Shown here one piece after another: positions 28,701 to 37,837 of a DNA stretch of 64,000 bases (position 1 is its first letter; each line of letters starts with the position of its first letter). Made by a program: the position numbers and the translations under genes. The notes below the pieces were generated by a model. It saw nothing but the letters and a program-made list of their open reading frames with translations, ran no database searches and was not told the origin of the DNA. Where the stretch lies: the NCBI GenBank assembly GCA_027320085.1, contig DAHVLZ010000009.1:32001-96000 (forward strand), given 5' to 3'. The DNA comes from Pseudomonadota bacterium (GTDB taxonomy: Bacteria; Pseudomonadota; Gammaproteobacteria; JAKAQQ01).

Positions 28701-30623
28701 CTCGGCGTCGACCCGGACCGGGAACCGGTCACCGTCGTCGGTATTGGTGACCTTTCCGGGGATGTCTTTGGAAACGGCCTATTGCTGTCCCGACACCTCA
28801 AGCTGATCGGGGCCTTCAACCACCAGCACATCTTTATCGACCCCAACCCCGATCCGACCACCAGTTTCGAGGAACGCCAACGCGTGTTCAACATGCCCCG
28901 TTCGAGCTGGGCCGATTACCGGAGTGACCTCCTTTCCACCGGAGGTGGAATCTACCCGCGTAGCGCAAAGTCCATCCGCTTGAGCCCCGAGGCGCGAGCC
29001 GTACTGGGAATTCAGGCGGTTTCCGTGACGCCGACCGAACTGATCCGTGCTTTACTGGCCGCGCCCGTGGATCTGCTCTGGAACGGGGGCATCGGCACCT
29101 ACGTCAAGGCCCAGTCGGAAACCCAGGCCGATGTGGGCGACCGAAGCAACGATGCCGTGCGCCTGAACGGTCGTGAAATCCGTGCCCGGGTCGTGGCCGA
29201 AGGTGGCAACCTGGGGTTCACCCAGCTCGGGCGTGTCGAGTACGCACTGAACGGCGGCCGGATCAACACCGACTTCATCGACAACTCGGCCGGTGTTGAC
29301 ACCTCGGATCACGAGGTCAATATCAAGATTCTGCTCAATGTAGCGGCTGAGGAACGCCGGGCCATTGTCCGCCACCGTGAGCGTCTTCTGCGTGAGATGA
29401 CGAACGACATCGCCGAGCATGTGCTTCACCACAACTACGAACAGGCTCAGGCTCTCTCGGTTCTCGAGTTCACCGCACCGCAAAGGCTCGATGAACATCG
29501 CTACCTCATCCGCAAACTTGAACAGCGACAGCTCTTGAACCCCACCCTGGAGGGACTCCCCCCGAGTGAGGTTCTGGCCCAGCGCCGCACCCTCCAGCGG
29601 GGCCTGACCCGTCCAGAGCTCGCCGTCCTCTTGGCCTACGGCAAGATCGCCCTTGCCCATGACCTTCAGGATTCCGATATCCACCAGGATCCCACACTCT
29701 CGCTCGAAATCGAACGTTACTTCCCCTCTGCACTCAGAAAGCGCTATACCCCTTTCATGCGGCGTCATCCACTGGCGCGGAATATTATTACCACCGAGAT
29801 CTCGAACCACCTCGTCAACCACATGGGACCTACCTTCGCGACCCGCCTCCAGGAAGAAACTGGCTCTACCGCAGCCGAGATCGTACGCGCCTTCGTCGTC
29901 AGCCAGACCGTCACCGGAACGGAAGCATTCTGTCGGGAGCTCGAAGCCCTGCCGGCCTCGGTTCCGCCGGTCACGAGTCTCGCGGCGTTCACGGCTAATA
30001 TCCGTCTGTTGCGCCACCTGACCCGATGGCTCTTGCTGAACCGGCGGTCTCCACTGGATGTCAGCGGCCTGATTTCCACCTTTGCGCCGGGAGTCAAAGC
30101 TTTCGAGGCCCTGCTTCCGGAATGCTTGTCCGAACCCCTCCGCAAATCTCATGATGACCGGATTCGCGAGTTCGTCGGGACTGGCCTGCCGGAATCCCTG
30201 GCGCAACAGCTGACCCACCGGTCTTATCTCTACCCGGTTTTTGACCTCGTCGAACTGGCCACCCAGCTAAAACAGCCCCTCTCCCGCATCCTGTCCTTCC
30301 ATTTCCGGGTGGGTGAGGCCTTGTCCCTCGACTGGCTGGATCAGGCCATCGAAAGGCTCAGTGTCCAGGACTCCTGGCAAGCGGAAGCGCGGATCAGCCT
30401 CCGGGAGGACCTCTGCCGGGAGCAACAGCGCATCACGGCCCAAATCCTGGAGTCGGAAGCCGAACAGCCGTTTGAAGCGGCCTTCGCGCACTGGTCCGGA
30501 AAGGCCACCGAGAACCTCGACCACTACCGGAAACTGGGAGAGGACATGCGGACCCATCCGACCCAGGATTACGCGATGCTGTCAATCGCGATCCAAAGCC
30601 TGCGCAAGCTCGCGGGAGCCTGA
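25797..30623 (+). CDS. gdhB: Large NAD-specific glutamate dehydrogenase
   Basis: DDMPFLVDS, ARGGIRWSDR, QMVKNTVIVPVGAKGGF, VAADKGTATFSD, GYDHK, DNSAGVDTSDHEVNIKI. Confidence 0.95.
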   Translation: MRNHSHLSTPSAFLTRLANAIEKKSTTEPGPKDLRGVLELYFQSVTPDDLDLFSLEDWVSLFTEHWELGATRRPGETLLRLVNLPVRRHATQAYTVALTVNDDMPFLVDSMTLAGRQEGLGLHLTVHPVFMTGRNAKNRIEGISGLEAGSTDPRESWILVVFERIQGEERLARLEKRIRGNLSDVLRVRQDCAALRDRVGLLREEIIRWKPFLPEREVEEARDFLEWMTRDWFTFLGYRRYALHHDGDQLRLEPERETGLGILRTDADHTPEPKILAQRANEKALAQELLIITKTNAHSTVHRSGPIDYIGLRRFDAKGRVAGEDRILGLFSPLVFKCPPQEIPVVRLKREAVLRQSGLAPESHAGRHLRIIFDTLPLSELLEASIDQLAELTLGVLRLQERHLTRLFLRPDVFGRYLSCLIYLPRENYTARARERIEKILKEGLQGHSIESDLWISDSVLARLHATVHTETGRLSPKRLSSLEQEIQEASLSWNEKLKIALSDRLGEERGLPLFDRYRDSFPEVYRDDVKPRAAVYDLLEIEQLKPTQALRLSLYRPKHASPHSLRLKIFRLDQSLAISDTLPILESTGFRVVSERPYEVPAPNIGRVWIHDFELELPGPTDRALERREALEDLFLAIWNGLAANDSFNRLAINAELSWREIMLLRSISKYLIQTGIPFTPANMARALTSHPAITQLLVRWFHARFDPYRDPADRDPEAAACLESLKAELENVESSDDDRILRAYLGVLGAMVRTSFFQRPLRDPEGYRFLSYKLDSSRVPDLPLPRPLYEIFVYAPQVEGIHLRGGRIARGGIRWSDRSEDFRTEVLGLMKAQMVKNTVIVPVGAKGGFYIKQPPKDGNRDRLLEEAQRCYRTFIQGLLSLTDNIVAGQIQPPKRVVRYDEDDPYLVVAADKGTATFSDLANAIAADFHFWLGDAFASGGSVGYDHKKMGITARGVWESVRRHFRELGVDPDREPVTVVGIGDLSGDVFGNGLLLSRHLKLIGAFNHQHIFIDPNPDPTTSFEERQRVFNMPRSSWADYRSDLLSTGGGIYPRSAKSIRLSPEARAVLGIQAVSVTPTELIRALLAAPVDLLWNGGIGTYVKAQSETQADVGDRSNDAVRLNGREIRARVVAEGGNLGFTQLGRVEYALNGGRINTDFIDNSAGVDTSDHEVNIKILLNVAAEERRAIVRHRERLLREMTNDIAEHVLHHNYEQAQALSVLEFTAPQRLDEHRYLIRKLEQRQLLNPTLEGLPPSEVLAQRRTLQRGLTRPELAVLLAYGKIALAHDLQDSDIHQDPTLSLEIERYFPSALRKRYTPFMRRHPLARNIITTEISNHLVNHMGPTFATRLQEETGSTAAEIVRAFVVSQTVTGTEAFCRELEALPASVPPVTSLAAFTANIRLLRHLTRWLLLNRRSPLDVSGLISTFAPGVKAFEALLPECLSEPLRKSHDDRIREFVGTGLPESLAQQLTHRSYLYPVFDLVELATQLKQPLSRILSFHFRVGEALSLDWLDQAIERLSVQDSWQAEARISLREDLCREQQRITAQILESEAEQPFEAAFAHWSGKATENLDHYRKLGEDMRTHPTQDYAMLSIAIQSLRKLAGA

Positions 30624-30649
30624 CCGGAGCCGCCCGAACGGCCCCCCCT

Positions 30650-31513
30650 TCACCCGCCGGGACGCCCCCTCCGCAAGCGATGCCCGGCCGACCCCCCCTG
30701 GATGGGAGGAAGACGACGGTGCCGCAGGGCCGGCAACCGTTCACGGATCCCTTCCAGGCACTCCGAATCGTAGTGGCCGACAACCACGCCCGGCTCCAGG
30801 GCCCGTCGTTCCGCGATGACCTGGCCCCAAGGGTCGATCAGGCAACTGTGCCCGTAGGTCCTGCGCCCTCCCTCATGACGACCGACCTGTGCGCCCGCGA
30901 GTACATAGCACTGGTTCTCGATGGCCCGCGCACGCAATAGGGTCTTCCAGTGGGCCTGACCCGTGGGAACGGTAAAGGCCGCGGGAACCGTGAACAGGCA
31001 GGCACCCTCCGTCACGAGACAACGATACAGTTCAGGAAATCGCACGTCGTAACAAACCGAAAGCCCCACCGGAATTCCGGCGAGCGGAACCACCCGGGGA
31101 CTGTTGCCGGGACGGGTTCCCGTGGATTCACGGTACCGTTCGCCAGGACCCAGATCCATATCGAAGAGGTGCATCTTGTCGTATCGCCCCACCACTCTTC
31201 CGTTGGCGTCGAAGGCCAGGCTGGCCGCATAGACCCGGGTTCCGGACCGGATCGGAATCGTTCCCGCAACCACGGCGAGCCCGAGCCGGCGCGCCGTTCG
31301 CGCCAGATAATCCTGGATCGGCCCGCGTCCGGCCAGTTCCGCCCCCTCCCACCGCTCCGTGTCGGAGGTGGCCATGAGGGCAAAATTCTCGGGCAGGAGA
31401 GCGAGCGCGGCCCCCCGCTTGTGCGCCTCCGCAAGCAGGTGATCTGCTTGCTCGAGATTCGCGGCGATCGCCCGGCCGCTCCTCATCTGGATGGCAGCAA
31501 GGAGGACTTTCAC
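30650..31513 (-). CDS. Carbon-nitrogen hydrolase (Nit1-like deaminated glutathione amidase); GTG start 31513
   Basis: LPENF, YDKMHLFD, CYDVRFPE, RARAIENQCY. Confidence 0.9.
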   Translation of the reverse strand: MKVLLAAIQMRSGRAIAANLEQADHLLAEAHKRGAALALLPENFALMATSDTERWEGAELAGRGPIQDYLARTARRLGLAVVAGTIPIRSGTRVYAASLAFDANGRVVGRYDKMHLFDMDLGPGERYRESTGTRPGNSPRVVPLAGIPVGLSVCYDVRFPELYRCLVTEGACLFTVPAAFTVPTGQAHWKTLLRARAIENQCYVLAGAQVGRHEGGRRTYGHSCLIDPWGQVIAERRALEPGVVVGHYDSECLEGIRERLPALRHRRLPPIQGGSAGHRLRRGRPGG

Positions 31514-31872
31514 GGTGGCGCTTCGAGTTCGATCCAGAGCCGGTTGCGATGGAAAGTGGCACGTGGACGGAGTACGAGATGGGTCCGGGGAACCCCCAAG
31601 GCCACAAGCCAGTCGGCCAGCTGGGCAGCCCAAAGACGGCCCCCCGGACCGACCGGATAAGCCAAAACCAGCGCGTCTCCCGGCGCTTCGATCCAGGCGG
31701 CGACCGCTTGTCTGACTGCTGGCCACTGGATCACCCGGCGGGCACGACGCACCCCGACCCACTGAGATCGGGGAAAGGAGAAACGTTCCCGGACATGGGC
31801 CGAAGCCGGCAGCGGCACCGCCCCCGCTAAAATCAGAACCAGCACGAAACAGAACCGCTTCCGGATGAACAT
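31510..31872 (-). CDS. Small secreted hypothetical protein
   Basis: Sec signal (RKR, hydrophobic core, ASA); 7 nt after yhdP stop; GTGA overlap with nit. Confidence 0.7.
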   Translation of the reverse strand: MFIRKRFCFVLVLILAGAVPLPASAHVRERFSFPRSQWVGVRRARRVIQWPAVRQAVAAWIEAPGDALVLAYPVGPGGRLWAAQLADWLVALGVPRTHLVLRPRATFHRNRLWIELEAPP

Positions 31873-31879
31873 GACCGGT

Positions 31880-34800
31880 CTACCCGGGTTTTTTCACAAA
31901 ACCGAGCACATGGGCCCGGGCAGCACTGATCTGGTGGATACGCGGGTTCCGCCAGGGTCCCGTGACGTGATAGTAGGTTTCACTCATGCTTTCGATCACA
32001 CGCCGGAAGATCCGGGACAGCGCAAGAAGGATCCCCCCCCCGATCGGGCCACCGAAAATGGCTCCCGCGATCGGCAGTGTGGACCCTATATGGGGGATGA
32101 CCAAGGCCACCTGATCATAACTCCGTTTGACGAGGTTGGTTTCCCCGGTAAGCCAGATGGCGATCGAGGAGCCGAAAAGCGTGGCGTCCCGGGTCACCGC
32201 CATCCCGTCTCGGATGGAGAAGCTTCCCTCCAGGCGATCGTAACTGAGCCCGCGGGCAAAGACATCGCTGAAATCGAGGCCCAGCCGACGCGGTAGCGCG
32301 TTCAGGCTGAGGAGCGCAATGAAGCGTCCGGCACTCCCCGGCTTGATCGCGAGGACGCGGCCGTCCCGGACGGAAAACTGGATGCTGCCCGAGAGCGATG
32401 AGCGATCCGGGTGCCAGGGAAGCCCTCGCCAACCCAGATTCAGGGCAAAACGGGCATGCTCCCCGGTCAGAATCCGCTTGATGCCGAGCTGGTGGAATGC
32501 CGATCCGACTTTGGGACTCGCGATCTTTGCATTGAGTTCAACCTGTGAACCCGAAGGATTCCAGGTCCATTGGCCCCCACCCGTGATTTTCAGGTCAGGA
32601 GCGGTGAGTGCGAGGTGGGAAAAGCGGAGGGTATGAGGAGCAGGATGGATCCATGAAAAGACGACCTGGCCGAGCGAGATCCGTCCATAGCGGGTCTGCG
32701 TGCTGGACCAATCGATGTTGGGTAAATCGCCCGGCCTGAGCAGATGAGTGCCGGATCCGGCAAGATGGACCAGCGGGGCGATCTCGAAGCGGCTGAAGTC
32801 CAGCCGGATGGGATCCCGGCTGCCCGGGGGGGGAATGAAACCGGTACCGGCGAGAGCCTGTCCCGCCACTTGGAAACGAAGGCCACTCTGTTGCGCCGCC
32901 TGGACCGAGAGGCTCAGCGGCCCCAGATTCTGTCCCCAGCCGGTCAGGCGGGCGAGCTGGAGATCCTGGATCTGGAACGGTGGGAAGCCGGGCCCGGAAT
33001 GCGTAAACTCCCGATCGAGCCGCCACCATCCAGCGAGATCGACCGTGCCGAGGCGGCCCGTGACGAGGATTCCGGCCGCCGGAAGAGGACCGGGCTGTCC
33101 TCCAAAATCAATCCGGCCGGCAGACAAAACCGGCCGCCCGGCGACGAAGCGTCCACGGGTTTCGATCCAGGCGATCGGGCCCCAGTGAGCTTGGGCACTG
33201 AAGCGTGAATCTCCGCGGAGCAGGCGACCCTCAAAATCCAGGGTCATGGACTGGTTTTGAACCTTAGCCAGCGGAGCCGGCAGGAGAAGACGGGTACCGA
33301 CCAGATGGCTGACCGCCTTGAGCTGGAGCACGCCCGCAAGGTGCGTGGACGGATAGGACATCTCGGCTTGCCAGTCGGAGGCCCCTTGGACGAGGTGGGA
33401 CAGCGGATGTCCCAAACCCAGCTTTGCCCCATCCAGCGCCCCCACCATCTGGAGATGGGTCTCCCCTCCCCGTGTCCAGGCATTGAAAGTGAGGTGATGG
33501 CCATCCAGACGGGCCGTCACCGCCTGGCTGGTCAGGGCCAGGTTGTCGAAGCGGACGTTTCCTTTGAGATGGTGGAGAACGAGGGGCCAGGGCCGCCAAC
33601 GAAAGCGGTCCCGATCAAAGCGGACCACCCCCTGGATCGTCGGATGATCCAGGGCATGGACGGGGAGCCGGATCTGGACTGAAGCCCAAAGCGGACCTTC
33701 GAGTTCAAGACGGGTAAACAGTCCACTCCAGTGACGGGACAGGGGTGACGAATCGAGATAGCTCACAAGGGTTGAGGCCCGGCCCGCAAAAGTGCTCTGA
33801 ATATGGAGTACGGACCGCTTGAGTTGGGGGATCACAAGACGCGATCCGGTCAGCGGAAAAGCCGCTTCCGTCCCCCCCGCGATCGCAACGGAAAATCCGG
33901 CCCCGGCAAATGCCCCCCGGGCCCGGTCCACCAGAAGATCCGGCCAACCCGGTGCAATGTGGACCTCGGCCTTCTCGAGCGAGAATCCCACTTCAAACCG
34001 CCCACCGCCCCGTGCGAACGGAAAGTCCGCAAGTGCCCCGTCGAAGACGAGATGGGCCTTGGGGACGTTTCCGGCGACGAATGCCTTCGCAAGCCATCGG
34101 TCCAGTCCCGGACTCAGGATCCCGTAGGGGATATCCTGCGCCATGAGCGGGAGTTTGCCATGGTGCAGACGGGCATCCAGATGGAGGGTCGGGCCTCCAC
34201 CTTTGGGGATCTCCAGGACAGCCGTCCGGACCCGGATCGAAAAGGCGCGGGCATGGATCCAGGTGGGGGCAAGACTCAAGCGGATGCCCGCATGCTTCTG
34301 GTAGGCGAGAACGGAACCTCCCCACGCGAGCCTGATCGTCCGTCTGAATAGGCGGTGATCGCGGACCTTAAGAACTGAAGGTGCGAAGATCACGGATCCC
34401 GCCCCGCCCAACCAGTCGAAGCGTCCGGAAAGACCAGACAGTCCAGGCCAGCGCCTCCAAGCCGAACCCCCCACCTGTTTGAACCGTCCCGAGGCCGAAC
34501 GCACACCCAAACCACCCTTGGCAACCACGAATCGGGTCGCCAGGCCGTCGAGCTGGCCTACGGGTTTCACATGACCCAGGAGGATGGCCACCGCGCGAAT
34601 CGTCGGGAACTGCCTGATCAGCGGCACGAAGGGTTCGAGCGTTCCCAGGAAAAACCGGTGGGCTCCGAGTTGATAGGTTGTCTCGCCAGGATGCGTCATC
34701 CTCCAGCCGATCTCGAGATCCTCGCGACGAACCGGATGACCCGGCTGAACGACGAGCAGAGGGGACAAAATGGCCTGCCGGCGGGTCCAGTCCACGTTGA

Positions 34801-35722
34801 ATCCCGTCCGAATCCGGATGGGGAGTGCCTGGAGCGGGTCCGCTCGACGTTCCTGGCCGAGTCCGGTCACCGCGAGGGATCCCCGGAGATGGGCGGGCTC
34901 GTGCCCTAGCCCGGAACCCTCGAAGAGGAGCGAGACCCGGCTCCTTTCGAGTCCCCGGACCGGCAGGGTAACACCGAGCGGGGGCAGAATCCCTGGCTTG
35001 AAACCCAAGACCTGACCCCGGACATGCCAGTGCCAGAGACCGGGATTCGTTCGCGGACCCCGTGCATGGGCGTCGAGATCAAGAGTCCGGATCCCATGAG
35101 GAGACACCCGTGCCTTAAGCCTCACTCGGTACTGGTCGTCCCGGACCGAGATCCGGAAGCGGGAGACCTGGATCAGGATGGGCGGACTTTCACCGTCGGG
35201 CACCAACCGGATCACGGCATCACGGAATTCCAGGCGGGCATCCTGAGCAATGACGGCGAGGGAGGCTGCAAGCGGGGGCAGGCGGGATTGTTGTACTCCG
35301 GCCCAGGGCAGGAGCCACTGTCCGGCCGCGCTCCGCCGGAGGGTCAAATGGAATCCGTGGAGGGTCACTCCACTCGGCAGCCATCTCCCGTTCTCCACCA
35401 TGACCGGGATCGACAGATGAATCACGATCTGGCGGGCACGCGCCAAAGGAGCACTCCGGTGGGAAACCCCGAGCACCACGGAATCCAAGACGAGTTCGGG
35501 ACCGAGTCCGCTCCAGCGGGCCTCAATATCATGGATGGTGAGCGGCACGCCAATGACCCGGGAAGCCCACCTTTCAACCTCCCGGCGGTAGGCCGGAACG
35601 GTGAGTGCCGCGAGACGAAACAAGCCCACTCCGGTGGCCGCCCCGATCACCGCGACGGCCACGAGCCCCGCCAGGACACGGATCCAGAGGCGTCGGTGGC
35701 GCACAGCAGACTTTGACTCCAT
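31880..35722 (-). CDS. yhdP: YhdP / AsmA2-family phospholipid transport protein
   Basis: 1280 aa, N-terminal TM, W.GLGPEL, FPF..G.G.F, LPRRL.LDFSDVF..G, Y.VTGPW.NP. Confidence 0.88.
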   Translation of the reverse strand: MESKSAVRHRRLWIRVLAGLVAVAVIGAATGVGLFRLAALTVPAYRREVERWASRVIGVPLTIHDIEARWSGLGPELVLDSVVLGVSHRSAPLARARQIVIHLSIPVMVENGRWLPSGVTLHGFHLTLRRSAAGQWLLPWAGVQQSRLPPLAASLAVIAQDARLEFRDAVIRLVPDGESPPILIQVSRFRISVRDDQYRVRLKARVSPHGIRTLDLDAHARGPRTNPGLWHWHVRGQVLGFKPGILPPLGVTLPVRGLERSRVSLLFEGSGLGHEPAHLRGSLAVTGLGQERRADPLQALPIRIRTGFNVDWTRRQAILSPLLVVQPGHPVRREDLEIGWRMTHPGETTYQLGAHRFFLGTLEPFVPLIRQFPTIRAVAILLGHVKPVGQLDGLATRFVVAKGGLGVRSASGRFKQVGGSAWRRWPGLSGLSGRFDWLGGAGSVIFAPSVLKVRDHRLFRRTIRLAWGGSVLAYQKHAGIRLSLAPTWIHARAFSIRVRTAVLEIPKGGGPTLHLDARLHHGKLPLMAQDIPYGILSPGLDRWLAKAFVAGNVPKAHLVFDGALADFPFARGGGRFEVGFSLEKAEVHIAPGWPDLLVDRARGAFAGAGFSVAIAGGTEAAFPLTGSRLVIPQLKRSVLHIQSTFAGRASTLVSYLDSSPLSRHWSGLFTRLELEGPLWASVQIRLPVHALDHPTIQGVVRFDRDRFRWRPWPLVLHHLKGNVRFDNLALTSQAVTARLDGHHLTFNAWTRGGETHLQMVGALDGAKLGLGHPLSHLVQGASDWQAEMSYPSTHLAGVLQLKAVSHLVGTRLLLPAPLAKVQNQSMTLDFEGRLLRGDSRFSAQAHWGPIAWIETRGRFVAGRPVLSAGRIDFGGQPGPLPAAGILVTGRLGTVDLAGWWRLDREFTHSGPGFPPFQIQDLQLARLTGWGQNLGPLSLSVQAAQQSGLRFQVAGQALAGTGFIPPPGSRDPIRLDFSRFEIAPLVHLAGSGTHLLRPGDLPNIDWSSTQTRYGRISLGQVVFSWIHPAPHTLRFSHLALTAPDLKITGGGQWTWNPSGSQVELNAKIASPKVGSAFHQLGIKRILTGEHARFALNLGWRGLPWHPDRSSLSGSIQFSVRDGRVLAIKPGSAGRFIALLSLNALPRRLGLDFSDVFARGLSYDRLEGSFSIRDGMAVTRDATLFGSSIAIWLTGETNLVKRSYDQVALVIPHIGSTLPIAGAIFGGPIGGGILLALSRIFRRVIESMSETYYHVTGPWRNPRIHQISAARAHVLGFVKKPG

Positions 35723-35860
35723 CAGTCCAAGGCTCTCGCTCAGGATTCAGGGAACCCGGGGTTCCGAGTCCACGTTCAAGTCACGTGACAGGAGGGATTG
35801 TCGCACACTGAGCGGCCTCTCCCAAGCCGAAAAGCCAACCCCAGGGGAAGGGGGTCTGGC

Positions 35861-36235
35861 CTACCCGTCCGGTTGAAGGCCCTCGACCGGCTCAGACCAG
35901 CCCCAGAGTTTTTCGAGTTGGTAAAACCGCCTGAGATCGGGCAGCATGAGATGGACGATCACGTCATCAAGATCAACCAAGATCCAGCCGCCGGTCCGTT
36001 CTCCCTCGCTGCCGATCACCGGTCGCCCGGCTTCCCGTGCCGCCTCGCGGATCCGCTCCGCCAGGGTTCGCAACTGGCGATCCGAAGTCCCGCTCGCAAT
36101 CAGGAAGTGATCCGCCAAAGTCGTGAGTCCGCGGACATCCAGCCGGACGATCTCGTGGCCATGGTGATCCCGGATCAGCGTTTCGAGCAGATCGAGCCAG
36201 TGCGCCGTGCTGAGGGTTTTCTTAGGGTGGATCAT
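35861..36235 (-). CDS. rsfS: Ribosome silencing factor
   Basis: DHFLIASGTSDRQ, WILVDLDDVIVH, RRFYQLEKLW. Confidence 0.92.
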   Translation of the reverse strand: MIHPKKTLSTAHWLDLLETLIRDHHGHEIVRLDVRGLTTLADHFLIASGTSDRQLRTLAERIREAAREAGRPVIGSEGERTGGWILVDLDDVIVHLMLPDLRRFYQLEKLWGWSEPVEGLQPDG

Positions 36236-36860
36236 AGCAACCCGCCCGCTCGAGGGTTCCTTGGAGGGAGGCCGGAACGAGATAGTCGAGAGAGAGCCCC
36301 TGGTGGATCCGGTCCCGGATCGCCGTGGCTGAAATGCCGAGTGCAGTGACCCGAAGGTAGAGGACATCCCCGGCCGGATCCTGCCTCAATCTGGCCAGAT
36401 CATCCGTTCTTCCACTCCGGCACCAACCCGGTGCCTCATCCGGGAGCACGGCGGGAAAGCCGGGGCGGAGGAGAACGATCCAATGCGCGAGCTGACCCAG
36501 ACGGTTCGGCTCCCGCCACTGGTGCAAGCGCGAGAAGGCATCTGAGCCTACGATCCAGTACAGTCGACTCTCGGGCTCCTCTTCCCGGATTCCAAGGAGC
36601 GTCTCGACCGTATGGCTCGCACCCCCGCGGCGTAACTCTCGATCATCCAGAATCCATCCCGGCCGATCCCCCATCGCCCGCTCAAGCCAGTCCCGTCGGA
36701 GGCTGCCGGACGCCCGGGGGGAAGGTTTCCCCGGTGAGTTTGCACAGGGAATGAAACGCAACTCATCCAGTCCGAGATGCTCCATCACCTCGATCGCTGC
36801 ACGCAGGTGACCCACATGGACGGGATCGAAAGAGCCGCCGAAAAGCCCGATGTACCTCAC
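36222..36860 (-). CDS. nadD: Nicotinate-nucleotide adenylyltransferase
   Basis: GGSFDPVHVGH, IVGSD, ISATAIR. Confidence 0.93.
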   Translation of the reverse strand: MRYIGLFGGSFDPVHVGHLRAAIEVMEHLGLDELRFIPCANSPGKPSPRASGSLRRDWLERAMGDRPGWILDDRELRRGGASHTVETLLGIREEEPESRLYWIVGSDAFSRLHQWREPNRLGQLAHWIVLLRPGFPAVLPDEAPGWCRSGRTDDLARLRQDPAGDVLYLRVTALGISATAIRDRIHQGLSLDYLVPASLQGTLERAGCYDPP

Positions 36861-37837
36861 ACCCGCTCTCCGATCCCCGGAACGCCGCTCATGTGCAGGA
36901 CAAGCCTGAGGAGGGTATCTCCCGCCCGGCCGGGCTTTCGTCCCTTGATCACGAGGTCAGCCCGGGCCGCCTCCTCCAGCCGGCGGTACCAGAACGGGCG
37001 GCCGCGCCGCCGCGCCTTGTCGTACAAGCTTTGCTTGCGGGGTGGTGCCTGCGATCCTCCGGCGCCGAGCACAGCATGGATCTCGTGAACCAGTGTCCCG
37101 AGAACAAGTGGCCACTCCCCGGTCGTCTCAGCCAAGGTCCGAAAAATCTCGAAAACCCGTCCGGGATTTTCACTCAAGGCCGCCTCGGCCAAGTCAAACG
37201 GTCCGTAATGCGCAGACGCACCGAGCACCTCGGCCACCTCGGGCCCGGTCACGGGGTGATCGGGCTCGTCGAGTTCGAGGATCCTGAGCGCCGCTTCGAG
37301 TCCCAGGAGGTTTCCCTCGGTCAGTGCCGCAAGGAGCTCACGGCCGTCGGAACCGAACTTTACGCCGTGCCCGCGGGAGCGCCGCTCCACTTCCGCATCC
37401 CAGCGGGCCGGATCCGGCGGCCAGCATTCCACAACCTGGGCACGGGAGGCGAAACGGCTGTAGAGCGCACCCTGCCGGACACCTCGATCCAGGCTGGGCA
37501 GGTGAACCGCAAGCCACGTATCTGGGGTGGCCGCCTGTTCCAAAAGGTCACCGAGCGCAGATGCGCCGGCCGCCTGCAGGGTCGGGGTCGAAAGGTGCAC
37601 CTCGAAAAGCCGTCGCTCCGAAAACAGCGAGCCGGTCCGGTAATCGTCGAAAAATCCCGGATCCAACGTGCGTTCAGGCCGGAAAACCCGGCGCTCGTAG
37701 GATCCCATTCGCCCCATCCGTTTCCGGATCCAGTCCCAAACCTCTCCGACCAGGATTGGATCACTCCCAGCAATAAGCCAGAACGGAGCCTCTCCGAAGC
37801 GGTCGAACTCCTCGAGCTGCCGGGGTACGTACTTCAC
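36857..37837 (-). CDS. holA: DNA polymerase III delta subunit
   Basis: SLFSERRL, EGNLL, DLVIKG; position between lptE and nadD. Confidence 0.85.
   Translation of the reverse strand: MKYVPRQLEEFDRFGEAPFWLIAGSDPILVGEVWDWIRKRMGRMGSYERRVFRPERTLDPGFFDDYRTGSLFSERRLFEVHLSTPTLQAAGASALGDLLEQAATPDTWLAVHLPSLDRGVRQGALYSRFASRAQVVECWPPDPARWDAEVERRSRGHGVKFGSDGRELLAALTEGNLLGLEAALRILELDEPDHPVTGPEVAEVLGASAHYGPFDLAEAALSENPGRVFEIFRTLAETTGEWPLVLGTLVHEIHAVLGAGGSQAPPRKQSLYDKARRRGRPFWYRRLEEAARADLVIKGRKPGRAGDTLLRLVLHMSGVPGIGERV

Noticed and set aside
25998-30218. Long antisense ORFs opposite gdhB (544 and 388 aa), and similar ones opposite leuS, miaB, hmgA, hppD, the RND gene and opgH
   Set aside because: Shadow ORFs expected from high-GC codon bias; no recognisable motifs
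32826-32833. G8 tract in yhdP (and similar G/C runs in hmgA, maiA, rluD) as phase-variation sites
   Set aside because: Short runs inside intact frames, encoding Pro/Gly stretches; expected at this GC content
35723-35860. 6S RNA or tRNA call for the rsfS-yhdP spacer
   Set aside because: Too short for 6S, wrong context, and no cloverleaf can be built; kept only as an unnamed structure candidate
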